IMG/VR virus record: IMGVR_UViG_3300028666_000022
Coordinates: 1 to 64,000 of that record
Strand: one strand, 5' to 3'
DNA: 64,000 nt
A model generated the notes under the pieces. That model searched no databases. It saw only the letters and a list, made by a program, of their open reading frames with translations, and had not been told where the DNA came from. Position numbers and translations under genes: made by a program. Every line of letters begins with the position of its first letter. Position 1 is the stretch's first letter. Shown piece after piece: positions 9,935 through 20,421 of this stretch.

Positions 9935-10549
9935 ATGAAAAATATAAAAGAAATTATTAATGAAGAGATTGAAAATTTAAATGAAATTTTTGATTCGAAG
10001 ATTAAAACTGAATATAAAATAATAACTAGTACCAAATATGATGCTGTTACATATCAATTCAGTACGAAAAGTGGTGTTGTATATGATTTAGAATTTTATA
10101 GAAATGAAATAAGTAATCAAACTAAATTAGAAAGAAAATTTAGGTTATGTGATATTATTAAAGCTAATTGTAATGATAATACTTATGCTGTTGATATTAG
10201 TTTTACTATTGATGATAGATTAAAAAATGATGATGATATTTCTGATGATGAATATAATAAATTAACAAACAATAATGAAACTGTTGAATTAATGGGAAAA
10301 ATTTCATATCTAGTCGATATTTTCATGAGAAGACATTCAGATATTAAAATATATTGTATTGGTGTTGATAGTAATGAAGATAATAGAGGTGAGGATAAAT
10401 TAATTGTTTATTCTAGAATGTTTGAAAATATATTTCGTAATAATTTTAAAAAATTTAAAGGTGATTCCGAAAATTATAAAGATAAAGATGATAATAATAT
10501 TGATACTGGAATTTATTTTATTAATAAAAATATACTAAAACAACAATAA
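9935..10549 (+). CDS. Hypothetical late protein (IINEEIENLNE N-terminus)
   Basis: TATTTATA at ~9891; shares ISYL..F..IY.IG..F....G....YFINK pattern with the next gene. Confidence 0.6.
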   Translation: MKNIKEIINEEIENLNEIFDSKIKTEYKIITSTKYDAVTYQFSTKSGVVYDLEFYRNEISNQTKLERKFRLCDIIKANCNDNTYAVDISFTIDDRLKNDDDISDDEYNKLTNNNETVELMGKISYLVDIFMRRHSDIKIYCIGVDSNEDNRGEDKLIVYSRMFENIFRNNFKKFKGDSENYKDKDDNNIDTGIYFINKNILKQQ

Positions 10550-10551
10550 AT

Positions 10552-11193
10552 ATGTCACGTCCTAGTCGAACTCCGATACCATATTCAGATGGAAAAAAAT
10601 TCTTATATAAGAATGAATTAAATATTATATTATATGCATTAAATATTAAATATAAATATCAAAAAATAGAGACAGAATATGAAAATTTATATAACATATT
10701 TGATAGATATTATAATAAAATATCAATATATCGATTCAACACAAGTTTCAATAAATTATTTGATTTAATGTTTTATAATGTTGATACAGATCACAAAATT
10801 ATGTTAAATAATGAAACAAGCATAACAGATATTGTTGATGAAAAAATATTGAATGAATCAATTGATAATACTTATGACATTTCATTAATAACCACACTAG
10901 AGAACAGATATTTTAAAGAATATCATGGACATAATAAGAAAGAATGTAATGAAATCATACGTAAACTATCATATTTAATTAATGAATTTATTAAAGATAA
11001 CCCAGAAATTAATATTTATGTTATTGGTAAAAACATTGATTTAGAATTACTAGAAAGATATAAAGAAGTGTTTGGTGGCATTTTTTCAGATGGATTTGAA
11101 GTTTTTGAAGGTACATCAAAAGGTTATACTGAAGGCGCAATATATTTCATCAATAAAAAAGTTTTAAAACCTTTGGAAAATAAAATTATTTAA
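10552..11193 (+). CDS. Hypothetical protein, paralog of the upstream gene
   Basis: Shared motifs KLSYLINEF..INIYVIG..GAIYFINKK. Confidence 0.6.
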   Translation: MSRPSRTPIPYSDGKKFLYKNELNIILYALNIKYKYQKIETEYENLYNIFDRYYNKISIYRFNTSFNKLFDLMFYNVDTDHKIMLNNETSITDIVDEKILNESIDNTYDISLITTLENRYFKEYHGHNKKECNEIIRKLSYLINEFIKDNPEINIYVIGKNIDLELLERYKEVFGGIFSDGFEVFEGTSKGYTEGAIYFINKKVLKPLENKII

Positions 11194-11207
11194 TATATCT
11201 TTGAATT

Positions 11208-11430
11208 GAAGAATTCTGCGATTGATTGTATCTTTTGGCGAGGATCTTCTTAATCAGATTAAACCCAAGGCACTGGATTTTCTCCTTTAAGTAAAAGTTT
11301 AATCTGATTTTTTATTTAATATTTGTATTTATATTCGACAGTACTTAAATGTTTACCATAAGAACAGCATTTAAGTCATTTTAATACACCCTTCATGCCT
11401 CTCATAGAAGCACACTTGGAGGGTTTTCTT
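11208..11430 (+). ncRNA. Candidate structured RNA(s)
   Basis: ORF-free interval after a TATCTTTG promoter. Stems: AATCAGATTAAAC/GTTTAATCTGATT, ACTTAAATG/CATTTAAGT, and ACCCTT/GAGGGT followed by a U-tract. A second promoter motif (GTATTTATA) lies at 11325. Confidence 0.35.
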
Positions 11431-11431
11431 T

Positions 11432-11707
11432 TTAATCGTATTTCTCCATTAATGGCTTAATCATCAAATATATTACATAACATAATAAACTACAAATAAA
11501 ACCATAATTAACAACTGGTAAAACATTTTTGAAAACCATAACAATACCTATTGACCAGAAACCAAAGCACATTGGACATGATATTAATTTTCCAAGATAT
11601 TTATTTTTCGACAACAAATATTCTCTTAGGGGTTTAAATAAAAAAGATTGGGTAACTATAATAGTCAACCCAATCGAGGCAATAATATCGGCAAAGCTAA
11701 CAACCAT
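11432..11707 (-). CDS. DUF1360-like small membrane protein
   Basis: FKPLRE...KLISCPMCFGFW motif with hydrophobic segments; ATG at 11707. Confidence 0.65.
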   Translation of the reverse strand: MVVSFADIIASIGLTIIVTQSFLFKPLREYLLSKNKYLGKLISCPMCFGFWSIGIVMVFKNVLPVVNYGFICSLLCYVIYLMIKPLMEKYD

Positions 11708-11765
11708 TTGAACAGTGTGAGGTTGCACGATTCATCCATTGAATTAAAAGAACATATTTTCTCAT
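11697..11765 (-). CDS. 22-aa peptide MRKYVLLIQWMNRATSHCSNGC
   Basis: ATG downstream of a GTATTTATA motif; its end overlaps the start of the DUF1360-like gene. Confidence 0.4.
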   Translation of the reverse strand: MRKYVLLIQWMNRATSHCSNGC

Positions 11766-11896
11766 AGTTAAATAATTTTCATATAAATACTGTTGGTGGT
11801 TATAATATTTTATAAATTTATTTTTAATTTTACTAAAATAATTTAAATTTATTTCTTATATTTGAAATCTGATTATTTATATTAAATAATATCATT

Positions 11897-12034
11897 ATGA
11901 TTATTTGCCCGAAATGTGGTCAACCATTACCCATCCCAATAAATAAAGATTATGTTATTTGTTGTGGAGAAGTATTATTCATTATAGATAAGCCAAAGAA
12001 AATTGATGATTTAATTAATAAAAAGTTAAAATAA
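11897..12034 (+). CDS. 45-aa zinc-ribbon micro-protein
   Basis: MIICPKCGQP...ICCGE; TATATTTG promoter upstream. Confidence 0.55.
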   Translation: MIICPKCGQPLPIPINKDYVICCGEVLFIIDKPKKIDDLINKKLK

Positions 12035-12039
12035 TATAT

Positions 12040-12113
12040 GCATCTGTAGCTCAATTGGATAGAGCATCTGATTACGGATCAGAAGGTTAAAAGTTCGAGT
12101 CTTTTCAGGTGTG
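12040..12113 (+). tRNA. tRNA-Arg (ACG)
   Basis: Cloverleaf: GCATCTG/CAGGTGT acceptor stem, GCTC/GAGC D arm, TCTGA-TTACGGA-TCAGA anticodon arm, GTTCGAG T loop; no encoded CCA. Confidence 0.92.
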
Positions 12114-12316
12114 CAGAATAATAACATTTAAATATTAAAATCATGAATTCTGCAGAAGAATTACTAAATTTTTTAAGTAAATGGGGAGCTGATAATGGGT
12201 TTGATTTTGTAGTACCCAAGGATGATACTTTTATTAATTTCATTAAAATTGATTTAAATTCGAGAAGAATTTTTGTTAATGAAATTGATGAACTAACTGA
12301 TTATATTGAATAGTTA

Positions 12317-13678
12317 ATGATTCTAATTCCAAAAATAATTCATCAGGTATGGGAAGGTAAATCTGAACCTTTACCAGAAAATTTAGCTGTATTAGCTAAA
12401 TCATGGAAAAAATATAATCCAGATTGGGAATATAGACTTTGGAATAAAGAACAAATGGAAGATCTGGTTTCAAAAGAATTTCCTGATTTGTTAGAAACAT
12501 ACTATTCTTTTCCTCAAGATGTACAACGTTGGGATGCAATTAGATATATGATATTATATCATATTGGTGGAGTATATGCTGATTTAGATTCCGAGTGTTT
12601 AGATTCTCTTGATGAATTATTAGATGATAAATCTTGTTGTTTTGGTTTAGAACCACCTGAACATGCAGAGGATTTAAACTCAAAATTTGTTATTAGTAAT
12701 GCTATTATGGCAACTAAGCCCAAACAATTATTTCTAAAGAAAGTAATTACTGAATTAAATAATTTTAAATCATTTGAAAATGAATCTTATTATGTTGTTA
12801 AATCAACTGGTCCATTATTATTAAATAGAGTTTATAAAACTTTTACACAAAAAAATAAAATAGATTTAATTGATTATAAATTAGTTACTCCACTTACAAA
12901 ACATGAATCAGATTTAATTTTTCAAGGTAAAGAAACTAACGAAATTGCTGAAAAATTTGATGCTGCTTATGTTGTTCATTATTTTTTTGGTTCTTGGTAT
13001 ACTCCAAAAAATAATATAATTAACAATAAAATCATAGTAAATACATCAATTTCACATAATACTTTTAGTACTAGAATAGTTATTGCGCATTATAATGAAG
13101 ATTTAAGTTGGATTAATAATCTAAATATACCATATTCAATCTATACACACGATAATTCTTTATTAACACATAATAATATTTTTGTTGAAAAAAATAAAGG
13201 AAATGAAGCAACATTATATTTGAAATATATAATCGATAATTATAATAATTTACCAGATAAAATATTATTTGTACATGGACATCAAAATTCATATCATCAA
13301 GAAAATGATACTAATTATATTGCAAATAATTTAAATTGGGGCTTGAATGAATATTTTAATATAGGTAAAAGAAGTGGTTATACTACGATGGATAGTGAAC
13401 ATTGGGAAAAAGAATTTAATTGGTTAATATCTAACTACGAAATTTTTGAAAAATATTTACCGAAGCCCAAAATTTTAAAATTATATCCATGTGCTCAGTT
13501 TGTTGTTTCTAAAAATTTAATCAAACAATATAACATTGAATTTTATGTTACATTATTTGATTGGTTACAAAACACTGAATTAGATAATTATGTTTCGGGA
13601 AGAATTTTTGAGTATATGTGGAATTATTTGTTTACTAAAAATGAAATAGAAAAAGAATTTGATAATATTTTAAAATAA
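12317..13678 (+). CDS. GT32 (OCH1-like, DXD) glycosyltransferase fused to a DUF3431-like domain
   Basis: IPKIIHQVW, RWDAIRY, GGVYADLD, TGP; C-terminal IVIAHYNEDLSW..GNEATLYL..FVHGH..AQFVVS..FEYMW. Confidence 0.85.
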   Translation: MILIPKIIHQVWEGKSEPLPENLAVLAKSWKKYNPDWEYRLWNKEQMEDLVSKEFPDLLETYYSFPQDVQRWDAIRYMILYHIGGVYADLDSECLDSLDELLDDKSCCFGLEPPEHAEDLNSKFVISNAIMATKPKQLFLKKVITELNNFKSFENESYYVVKSTGPLLLNRVYKTFTQKNKIDLIDYKLVTPLTKHESDLIFQGKETNEIAEKFDAAYVVHYFFGSWYTPKNNIINNKIIVNTSISHNTFSTRIVIAHYNEDLSWINNLNIPYSIYTHDNSLLTHNNIFVEKNKGNEATLYLKYIIDNYNNLPDKILFVHGHQNSYHQENDTNYIANNLNWGLNEYFNIGKRSGYTTMDSEHWEKEFNWLISNYEIFEKYLPKPKILKLYPCAQFVVSKNLIKQYNIEFYVTLFDWLQNTELDNYVSGRIFEYMWNYLFTKNEIEKEFDNILK

Positions 13679-14818
13679 ATGAATTTTACTGGTTGTAAAT
13701 ATATTATTGTTGGTTCAGGTATATTCGGCTCAGTTTTAGCGGAACGAATTACTAATATTTTAAACGAAAAGGTTATTGTTATTGAAAAACGTAATCATAT
13801 TGGTGGAAATTGTTATTCTGAAATTGATTCAGAAACCGGAATTGAATATCATACATATGGAACTCACATTTTTCATACCTCAAATCAAGAAGTATGGAAT
13901 TATATAAATAGATTTACTGGTTTTAATTCTTATATTCATCAAGTTCTTACAACATATAAGAATAAAGTTTATCAAATGCCAATAAATTTGGAAACTATAA
14001 ATTCATTTTATAATATTAATTTAAAACCATTTGAAGTACAAACTTTTCTGAACGAAGAAATTAATAAAGAAAATATTAAAAATCCTTCGAATTTTGAAGA
14101 AAAGGCAATTTCTTTAGTGGGAAGATCTCTCTATGAAGCATTTTTGAAAGGTTATACACAAAAACAATGGCAATGTGATCCTAAAGAATTACCAGTATCA
14201 ATATTAAATCGTTTACCGTTTAGAACTGATTATAATGAAAGTTATTTTCACGATAAATGGCAAGGAATTCCTGAAATTGGATATAATGCATTATTTAATA
14301 AATTATTAAATAATCAAAATATTAAGATTTTATTGAATACTGATTTTTCTTCAATTAAACATTTAATTTCTCCTGAAACTAAAATCATTTATGGTGGTTC
14401 AATTGATCAATATTTTGATTATTGTTATGGTAAACTTGAATATAGAAGTTTAAAATTTGAAAAAGAAATTATTGACGTATCTGATTATCAAGGTACATCA
14501 GTTATGAATTATGCCGAAAATTTTATTCCTTATACAAGAATACATGAACCTAAACATTTACATCCTGAAAGAAATTATGTAAAAGATAAAACATTAATAA
14601 TACGAGAATATTCAGTTGTTAACGAAAATGAACCATATTATCCAATTAATAATTTAAAAAATCAACAATTATATGATCAATATGATTTACTTACTAAAGA
14701 TTTAAAGAATGTTATTTTTGGTGGAAGATTGGGAAATTACAAGTACTACGATATGTGCCACGCAATTGAGAATTCATTAAATTTGTTCAAAAAATTAAAA
14801 ATAAACTACAAATTTTAG
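13679..14818 (+). CDS. glf: UDP-galactopyranose mutase
   Basis: IVGSGIFG FAD motif, EKRNHIGGNCY, YGTHIFHT, GYTQKQW, LEYRSL, YTRIHE, EPYYP, GRLGNYKYYDM. Confidence 0.95.
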   Translation: MNFTGCKYIIVGSGIFGSVLAERITNILNEKVIVIEKRNHIGGNCYSEIDSETGIEYHTYGTHIFHTSNQEVWNYINRFTGFNSYIHQVLTTYKNKVYQMPINLETINSFYNINLKPFEVQTFLNEEINKENIKNPSNFEEKAISLVGRSLYEAFLKGYTQKQWQCDPKELPVSILNRLPFRTDYNESYFHDKWQGIPEIGYNALFNKLLNNQNIKILLNTDFSSIKHLISPETKIIYGGSIDQYFDYCYGKLEYRSLKFEKEIIDVSDYQGTSVMNYAENFIPYTRIHEPKHLHPERNYVKDKTLIIREYSVVNENEPYYPINNLKNQQLYDQYDLLTKDLKNVIFGGRLGNYKYYDMCHAIENSLNLFKKLKINYKF

Positions 14819-14849
14819 AATTTTTTGTAGTTTATTAGTATTTATAGTT

Positions 14850-16028
14850 GTGAAAACAATTTATAAAGCTTATAAGTTTAAATTAGAACCTAATAATTCT
14901 CAAAAAGAATTGTTACATAAACATTTCGGATCATGTAGGTTTATTTATAATTATTATCTTAACTTAAGAAAAGAAAACTATTTAAATAATAAAACAAGTT
15001 TAAACTATTATGATAATTCTAAAGATCTAACTCTTTTAAGGAAAAAAGAAGAATATATTTGGCTAAATGAAATTAACGCTCAAAGTTTACAACAATCCTT
15101 AAGACATTTAGATACTGCTTATAATAGATTTTTTAGAAAACAAGGTAAATTTCCTAGATTTAAGAAAAAGAGTGATAGACAGAGTTTTATTATACCACAA
15201 TCTATTATATTAAAAAATAATAAGCTTTTTATTGCTAAGTTTAGAGAAGGAATTAGTTTGAATTTATATAAAGCAATTGAGGGTAAAATATTATTTGCAA
15301 CAATATCGAAATCGCCAGTTGGTAAATATTATGTTTCAATTACTTGTGAGGTACAATATGAACCATATTCTAAAACTAATTCTAAGATAGGTATTGATAC
15401 TGGTATTAAGGATTTAGCTATCTTATCTGATGGTAAGATCTATAAAAATATTAAGGTTTTAAAAACTAATTTAAAAAAAATTAAATATAATCATAGACAA
15501 TTAAGCAAGAAGGTTAAAGGTAGTAAATCAAGGTTAAAACAACAAAATAAATTAGGTAGAATACATGAAAATGTAACAAACATAAGATTAGATTATCTAC
15601 ATAAAGTCAGTACAGAAATCGTCAAAAACCACGATGTTATATGTATTGAAGACTTAGCAGTAAAGAATTTAATGAAAAACCATAAATTATCACAAGCCTT
15701 TTCAGATGTGGCTTTAGGTACGTTTTATAATATGCTTACTTATAAAGCTAATTGGAATGATAAGACTGTTGTAAAAATTGATCGTTGGTTTCCAAGTAGT
15801 AAGACATGTTCAAATTGTGGTTACATAAATCAAGATTTAACTTTAAGTATAAGAGAGTGGGTTTGTCCTGACTGTGGGATAAAACATGATAGGGATTTAA
15901 ATGCTTCAAAAAATATCCTAATACAAGGGTTGAATGTATTGTCTGGTTCAGGGATTGAGTCGGACACTAAACAAAAACAGGTGGAGTCGTTGTCAAAAGG
16001 CGAGGCTATGAAACCTGAAGCAAATTAA
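14850..16028 (+). CDS. tnpB: IS200/IS605-family TnpB RNA-guided endonuclease
   Basis: YKFKLEP, FGSCRFIYN, FPRFKKK, RuvC-I GIDTG, RuvC-II IEDL, FPSSKTCSNCG..CPDCG..HDRDLNAS. No tnpA nearby. Confidence 0.95.
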   Translation: MKTIYKAYKFKLEPNNSQKELLHKHFGSCRFIYNYYLNLRKENYLNNKTSLNYYDNSKDLTLLRKKEEYIWLNEINAQSLQQSLRHLDTAYNRFFRKQGKFPRFKKKSDRQSFIIPQSIILKNNKLFIAKFREGISLNLYKAIEGKILFATISKSPVGKYYVSITCEVQYEPYSKTNSKIGIDTGIKDLAILSDGKIYKNIKVLKTNLKKIKYNHRQLSKKVKGSKSRLKQQNKLGRIHENVTNIRLDYLHKVSTEIVKNHDVICIEDLAVKNLMKNHKLSQAFSDVALGTFYNMLTYKANWNDKTVVKIDRWFPSSKTCSNCGYINQDLTLSIREWVCPDCGIKHDRDLNASKNILIQGLNVLSGSGIESDTKQKQVESLSKGEAMKPEAN

Positions 16029-16070
16029 TATTATTTAATTTGTATTTCATGATATGCATCATGCAATTGA
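15940..16070 (+). ncRNA. Predicted TnpB omega-RNA scaffold plus guide
   Basis: GC-richer segment overlapping the tnpB 3' end, CAAATTAA/TTAATTTG hairpin, right end ...TATTTCA(T) followed by glf-like sequence as the putative guide. The 5' boundary is approximate. Confidence 0.6.
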
Positions 16071-16119
16071 AAGTGCATTAAATATATTTAAAAAAATTAA
16101 AAATAATCTTAATAACTAA
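16051..16119 (+). repeat. Displaced original 3' end of glf (DMHHAIESALNIFKKIKNNLNN*)
   Basis: Same length (69 nt) as, and homologous to, glf 14750-14818 (DMCHAIENSLNLFKKLKINYKF*). Confidence 0.85.
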
Positions 16120-18062
16120 TAAGCAAATAATTTCCATAAACGTTGCAAACAAATATTTTTTTATTTACATTTGTTTTTATTAAAAATAATTCTATTTAAA
16201 CATTAATTTCATGTGGGAATTTAAAAGAGTTGAATATAGTATTCATATAGATACTATTGTTGATATGATGAAAAAAATAAATAAAATGGGTGGTGATGGT
16301 TGGGATATCGTTTATTATAATGAAGAAAAATGTAAAAATTTTGATTCAACAGTTAAAATTGTTGTTTTATATAAAAAGTTAAAATCATGATAAATTTAAA
16401 AGATCATTATTATATCATAGGACTTGATGACAATGAAAAAATTACATTAGATCCAACAGATGTGGTATTATATCAAGGCAAAACTTCTGAAATCACAGAA
16501 GAATTGGCTACATTATATGTAAAATCTAAGACTCACAAAGATTGGAAAGAAGATTGTATTATTTATATTGATTATAATGATTCAATAGGTTGTTTTCATA
16601 TGGCCAAGGAGTCCATTTTGTCGGCCTGTAAAAAAGAAATGTGTGTGTTGATTGAACGCAAAGGTGAAATTGAACAACTTGTTATGAATCACCTAAAGAT
16701 CAACAATCGTACAATATTTGAAGAATATGGACTGATATGGCAAAACAAATCGATTTTATTCGGTGTCTATAAAAATTATGCTTTGTCAAAAGTTGAAGAA
16801 TTAACACCAACTACACGTGATGCTGAAAATATTGGATTGGAACAAGAATATGAACCAGAGTAAAATTTTAAACTATAGTTTTGTAACAAAATAAATGAAC
16901 ATTTCGTATAATAAACATATTAAAATGTTTAAATCATGGAAAAGCAAGATGATGAAAATTCAAATTTTAAAATAACCGAACTATTTCTAGTTAAAGCAGA
17001 TTGGTTTAGAACATTTATTGGACAAATTTTAAAAGAAAAAACAGAAGACAATAATTTAATTCTTCGAGGAAATGTTATTGTTAATGAAGGAAAAATTTGG
17101 AGTGTTGCAGATTCTGAGCAACAACTCGGAAAAAATCTTGATGAATTATGTAAACTAAAATTAGATTATTATATCAATGCTGTTGGTGGAATAAAAGAAA
17201 CTGTAGTAGAAATACCCTTTTATTTAAATTAAATATTACTTGCTAATTAAAATAATTTAATTTATATTTGTCGTAAACGATTGTAATTTTTATTGTTAAA
17301 TTTAATCAATTGAAAATGAACGCAAATGAATTCATTACTAGTAAATATGGTAAAGATGTTACTAATGAAAATCATATTTGTTTTTACATTAGTAAAAAAG
17401 AAGTTATTGATTTTTTAAATGAATATGCTAAATTGAAATGTAAAGAACAGCGACATCTTTGGCAAGTAGAATTTAATAAAAGAAGTTATTTTGATGACGA
17501 AAACAATTGCTATATACATTGTGATGATATTTTAAATGCAAATGAACCTAATTTAGAATAGAAAATGAAAGAATTTTACCATCAACTAATTCCTAATAGT
17601 CAATACTTTAATAATATTAATCAAATTATTGAACTAGTAAAATTTAGTACGTTAACTGAAATAGAGAAAAAATATTTTCTAATAGCATTAGAAAATACAA
17701 AAACAAATGGATATGAAATAAAAAAATCTGAATGTTCTTGTATTGAATGTAATTGTATTGAATGTAATTGTAAAACTAAAAAATAATAAAATTTATGAAA
17801 AAATTAGAACAATATATTGATAATATTAAAGAATTTTGGAGATATCATGGTTATGATACAAGTATAATTTTATTTATTATTATAGCGTTTTTTGTTGTTG
17901 GTTATATGGTGTGTCATTAATTTAAGTGTTATATGAAAAAACTTTGGAGTAAATTAAATGAATTTTCGGATCAAGTTTGGTTAAAATATCATTGGAATAT
18001 TTTAGGAATAGCTACACTTATAAATCTTATTTTAGTAATAATATTTTCATATATCATTTTTC

Positions 18063-18422
18063 ATGGATAATATCGATTTAAATAATACTTATTGGGATAG
18101 GTTAAATGGTTATGTAACTGAACTTCGTGTTGATGCACGATGGTTATTACGTGGAGAAGCAGATGATAAACCATATGGTTCATTAAGAATAGTGTCTCAT
18201 CCTGATTTAAAACCCGGTTATCTTCGTGCATATTTTACTTATGTTACTTCAGTTGTTGCAAAAACAAAAGAAGAAAAATTAAAAACAATTGAAGATTATC
18301 AAATGGAATTAATTGAATTAGAAGTTTATTCAATTAATGATGATATTAAAACAGAAGAAAAAATATATGAAGCACCTTTTAAAGAACTTGAAGGTTTATT
18401 TGGTGTAAAAATTTTTGAATGA
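18063..18422 (+). CDS. Conserved hypothetical phage protein
   Basis: 119-aa ORF with higher-complexity, conserved-looking sequence. Confidence 0.55.
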   Translation: MDNIDLNNTYWDRLNGYVTELRVDARWLLRGEADDKPYGSLRIVSHPDLKPGYLRAYFTYVTSVVAKTKEEKLKTIEDYQMELIELEVYSINDDIKTEEKIYEAPFKELEGLFGVKIFE

Positions 18423-18730
18423 AATCAATAAAAAAATCATCTGAAGAATTAAAAAATTCACATGATCTATATATTTCAGATAAATATATTATGGAGTTAA
18501 ATAATATTATTTGCAAATTATACGAAAATAACATTCCGAATATAATTTTGAATAATAATTTAGAGTTTGTTGAACGTAAGTATTCAGATGAAGTTGAAAA
18601 TCTTGTAAGTAAAATTAAAGAATTGATTGATGAATATACTGAAAAATATTATAGTAATTTATTAATTAAAAAATATATTAATAATAATTGAATCATAATA
18701 TAATTAATTAATAATTTTTCACGTATTTAT

Positions 18731-19564
18731 ATGAAAAGAATTGAAATGAAATTAATTAATTATAGTGGTAATACAAAAGCAACTGGTATATATTGTATAA
18801 AAAATCTAGTGAATAATAAAATATATATTGGTAGCACAAAAAGATCATTTGCAACAAGAAAAACGAGACATTTACGTTTATTGAGAAATAATACACATTA
18901 TAATGAGCATTTACAGAATGCTTGGAATTATTATAAAGAAGAAAATTTTAGTTTTGAAGTATTGTATATTTGTTTACCAAATGAATGTGAAAAATATGAA
19001 GGAGAATTCATGAAATTATATAATTCAAATAAAAGAGAATTTGGATATAACATTGCATGTGTATCAACATTTTGTTTTGATTATAAAATTTCCGAAAATC
19101 ATAATATTGAAAAAAGTATTCGAAAAAGAAAAAAATCAATAGAATTGAATGGATTATATACAACCGAAAGGGGTATACAAAAACCGTTCAAATTATATGA
19201 TATTAATGGTAAATTTATTAAAGAATATAATAGTTTTAAAGATTTTTTTAGTGACAATAAAGGTTCAAAAGCACATGTATCAACTATTTTAAGTAATAGA
19301 AAACTTTTATATAAAAATAATAATATAATATTATTTTCTAACGACAATCTTTCTGATGAAGATATTTTAATCGCAAAAAATAAAATAAGGAATATAAAAA
19401 AAATTGATTTATTTGATTTAAATAATAATTATATTAAAACATTTAATTCAGCAATTGAATGTGCTAAATTTATTGGATGTAAAGATGCTGAAATTAGAAT
19501 GTGTTGTACAAATAGAAGAAGTAGAATTAAAAATTATGTAACTAAATATAAAAAAAATGAATAA
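18731..19564 (+). CDS. Free-standing GIY-YIG homing endonuclease with NUMOD1-like C-terminal repeats
   Basis: GIYCIKNLVNNKIYIGST, HYNEHLQNAWN, GYNI; YDINGKFIKEYNS and FDLNNNYIKTFNSA repeats. Confidence 0.9.
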   Translation: MKRIEMKLINYSGNTKATGIYCIKNLVNNKIYIGSTKRSFATRKTRHLRLLRNNTHYNEHLQNAWNYYKEENFSFEVLYICLPNECEKYEGEFMKLYNSNKREFGYNIACVSTFCFDYKISENHNIEKSIRKRKKSIELNGLYTTERGIQKPFKLYDINGKFIKEYNSFKDFFSDNKGSKAHVSTILSNRKLLYKNNNIILFSNDNLSDEDILIAKNKIRNIKKIDLFDLNNNYIKTFNSAIECAKFIGCKDAEIRMCCTNRRSRIKNYVTKYKKNE

Positions 19565-20420
19565 AGTTGGTAAAGGTAGAAGATACAATAAAGGTAAATT
19601 AAGGTATGAATTAATATCAAACGTTGCTTTAAAAGAAATTGCAAAAATTTATACTGCTGGTGCAGAAAAATATACCATAAGAGATGATGATGGTAATATA
19701 ATTTCTGATGGTTCTAATAATTGGAGAAATGGACTTTCTTGGATGGATTGTATTGCTTCAACTAAAAGACATATAGAAAAATTTATTGAGGGAATTGATA
19801 TTGATGAAGAAACTAATACATTACATTTAGGTAATGCATGTTGGAATTTAATGACCATAATTGATTATTATAAATCGTTTCCTCAAGGAGATGATAGACC
19901 TAAAAGAATTCTTTCTTGTCCTAAAATTTCTTTGGATTTAGATGGTGTTCTCTCAGATTTTACTGGTTCTTGGAATAAAAAATTTCCTGATTCAAAATTA
20001 ATTACTTCTTCATGGTTTTTTGATAGAAAAATGAAAAAAAGATTTGAGGAAATGCAAAACAATGGAGAATTAGAACAATTCTATTTAGATATTGATCCAC
20101 TAATTAAACCAGAAGATCTTCCATTTGAACCACATTGTTATATTACTTCAAGGCCAGTACGAAAAGAAGTTACTGAAGAATGGTTAGATAAACATGGTTT
20201 TCCAGCAAGGCCAGTTCTTAGTGTTGAAATGATGGCAAGTAAGCTTGATGTAGCTAAACAAATGGAAGTAGAAATATTTATTGATGATTCATTTGAAAAT
20301 TTCATGGAATTAAATAATAATGGAATTTTTTGTTACTTATATTCTCAACCTTGGAATATGAAATATGATGTGGGTCACATGAGATTAAATTCATTAAATG
20401 AAATTCCATTATTGAAATAA
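19557..20420 (+). CDS. dATP/dGTP diphosphohydrolase (DUF5664-like) fused to a HAD 5'-nucleotidase-like domain
   Basis: RYNKGKLRYELI..GAEKY..NWRNG..RH..DEET..HLGNACWN; then LDLDGV, ITSR, FIDD, PWN. Confidence 0.85.
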   Translation: MNKVGKGRRYNKGKLRYELISNVALKEIAKIYTAGAEKYTIRDDDGNIISDGSNNWRNGLSWMDCIASTKRHIEKFIEGIDIDEETNTLHLGNACWNLMTIIDYYKSFPQGDDRPKRILSCPKISLDLDGVLSDFTGSWNKKFPDSKLITSSWFFDRKMKKRFEEMQNNGELEQFYLDIDPLIKPEDLPFEPHCYITSRPVRKEVTEEWLDKHGFPARPVLSVEMMASKLDVAKQMEVEIFIDDSFENFMELNNNGIFCYLYSQPWNMKYDVGHMRLNSLNEIPLLK

Positions 20421-20421
20421 T

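Noticed and set aside
14850-16028. Cas12f/CRISPR effector or autonomous IS605
   Set aside because: No CRISPR array and no adjacent tnpA; the 3' end looks like a standard omega-RNA locus.
17739-17771. 15-nt tandem repeat (CIECN x2) as a functional element
   Set aside because: Only two copies at the end of a small ORF; likely slippage.
18731-19564. Group I intron around the GIY-YIG gene
   Set aside because: Flanking genes are uninterrupted and the intergenic space is too short for a ribozyme core.
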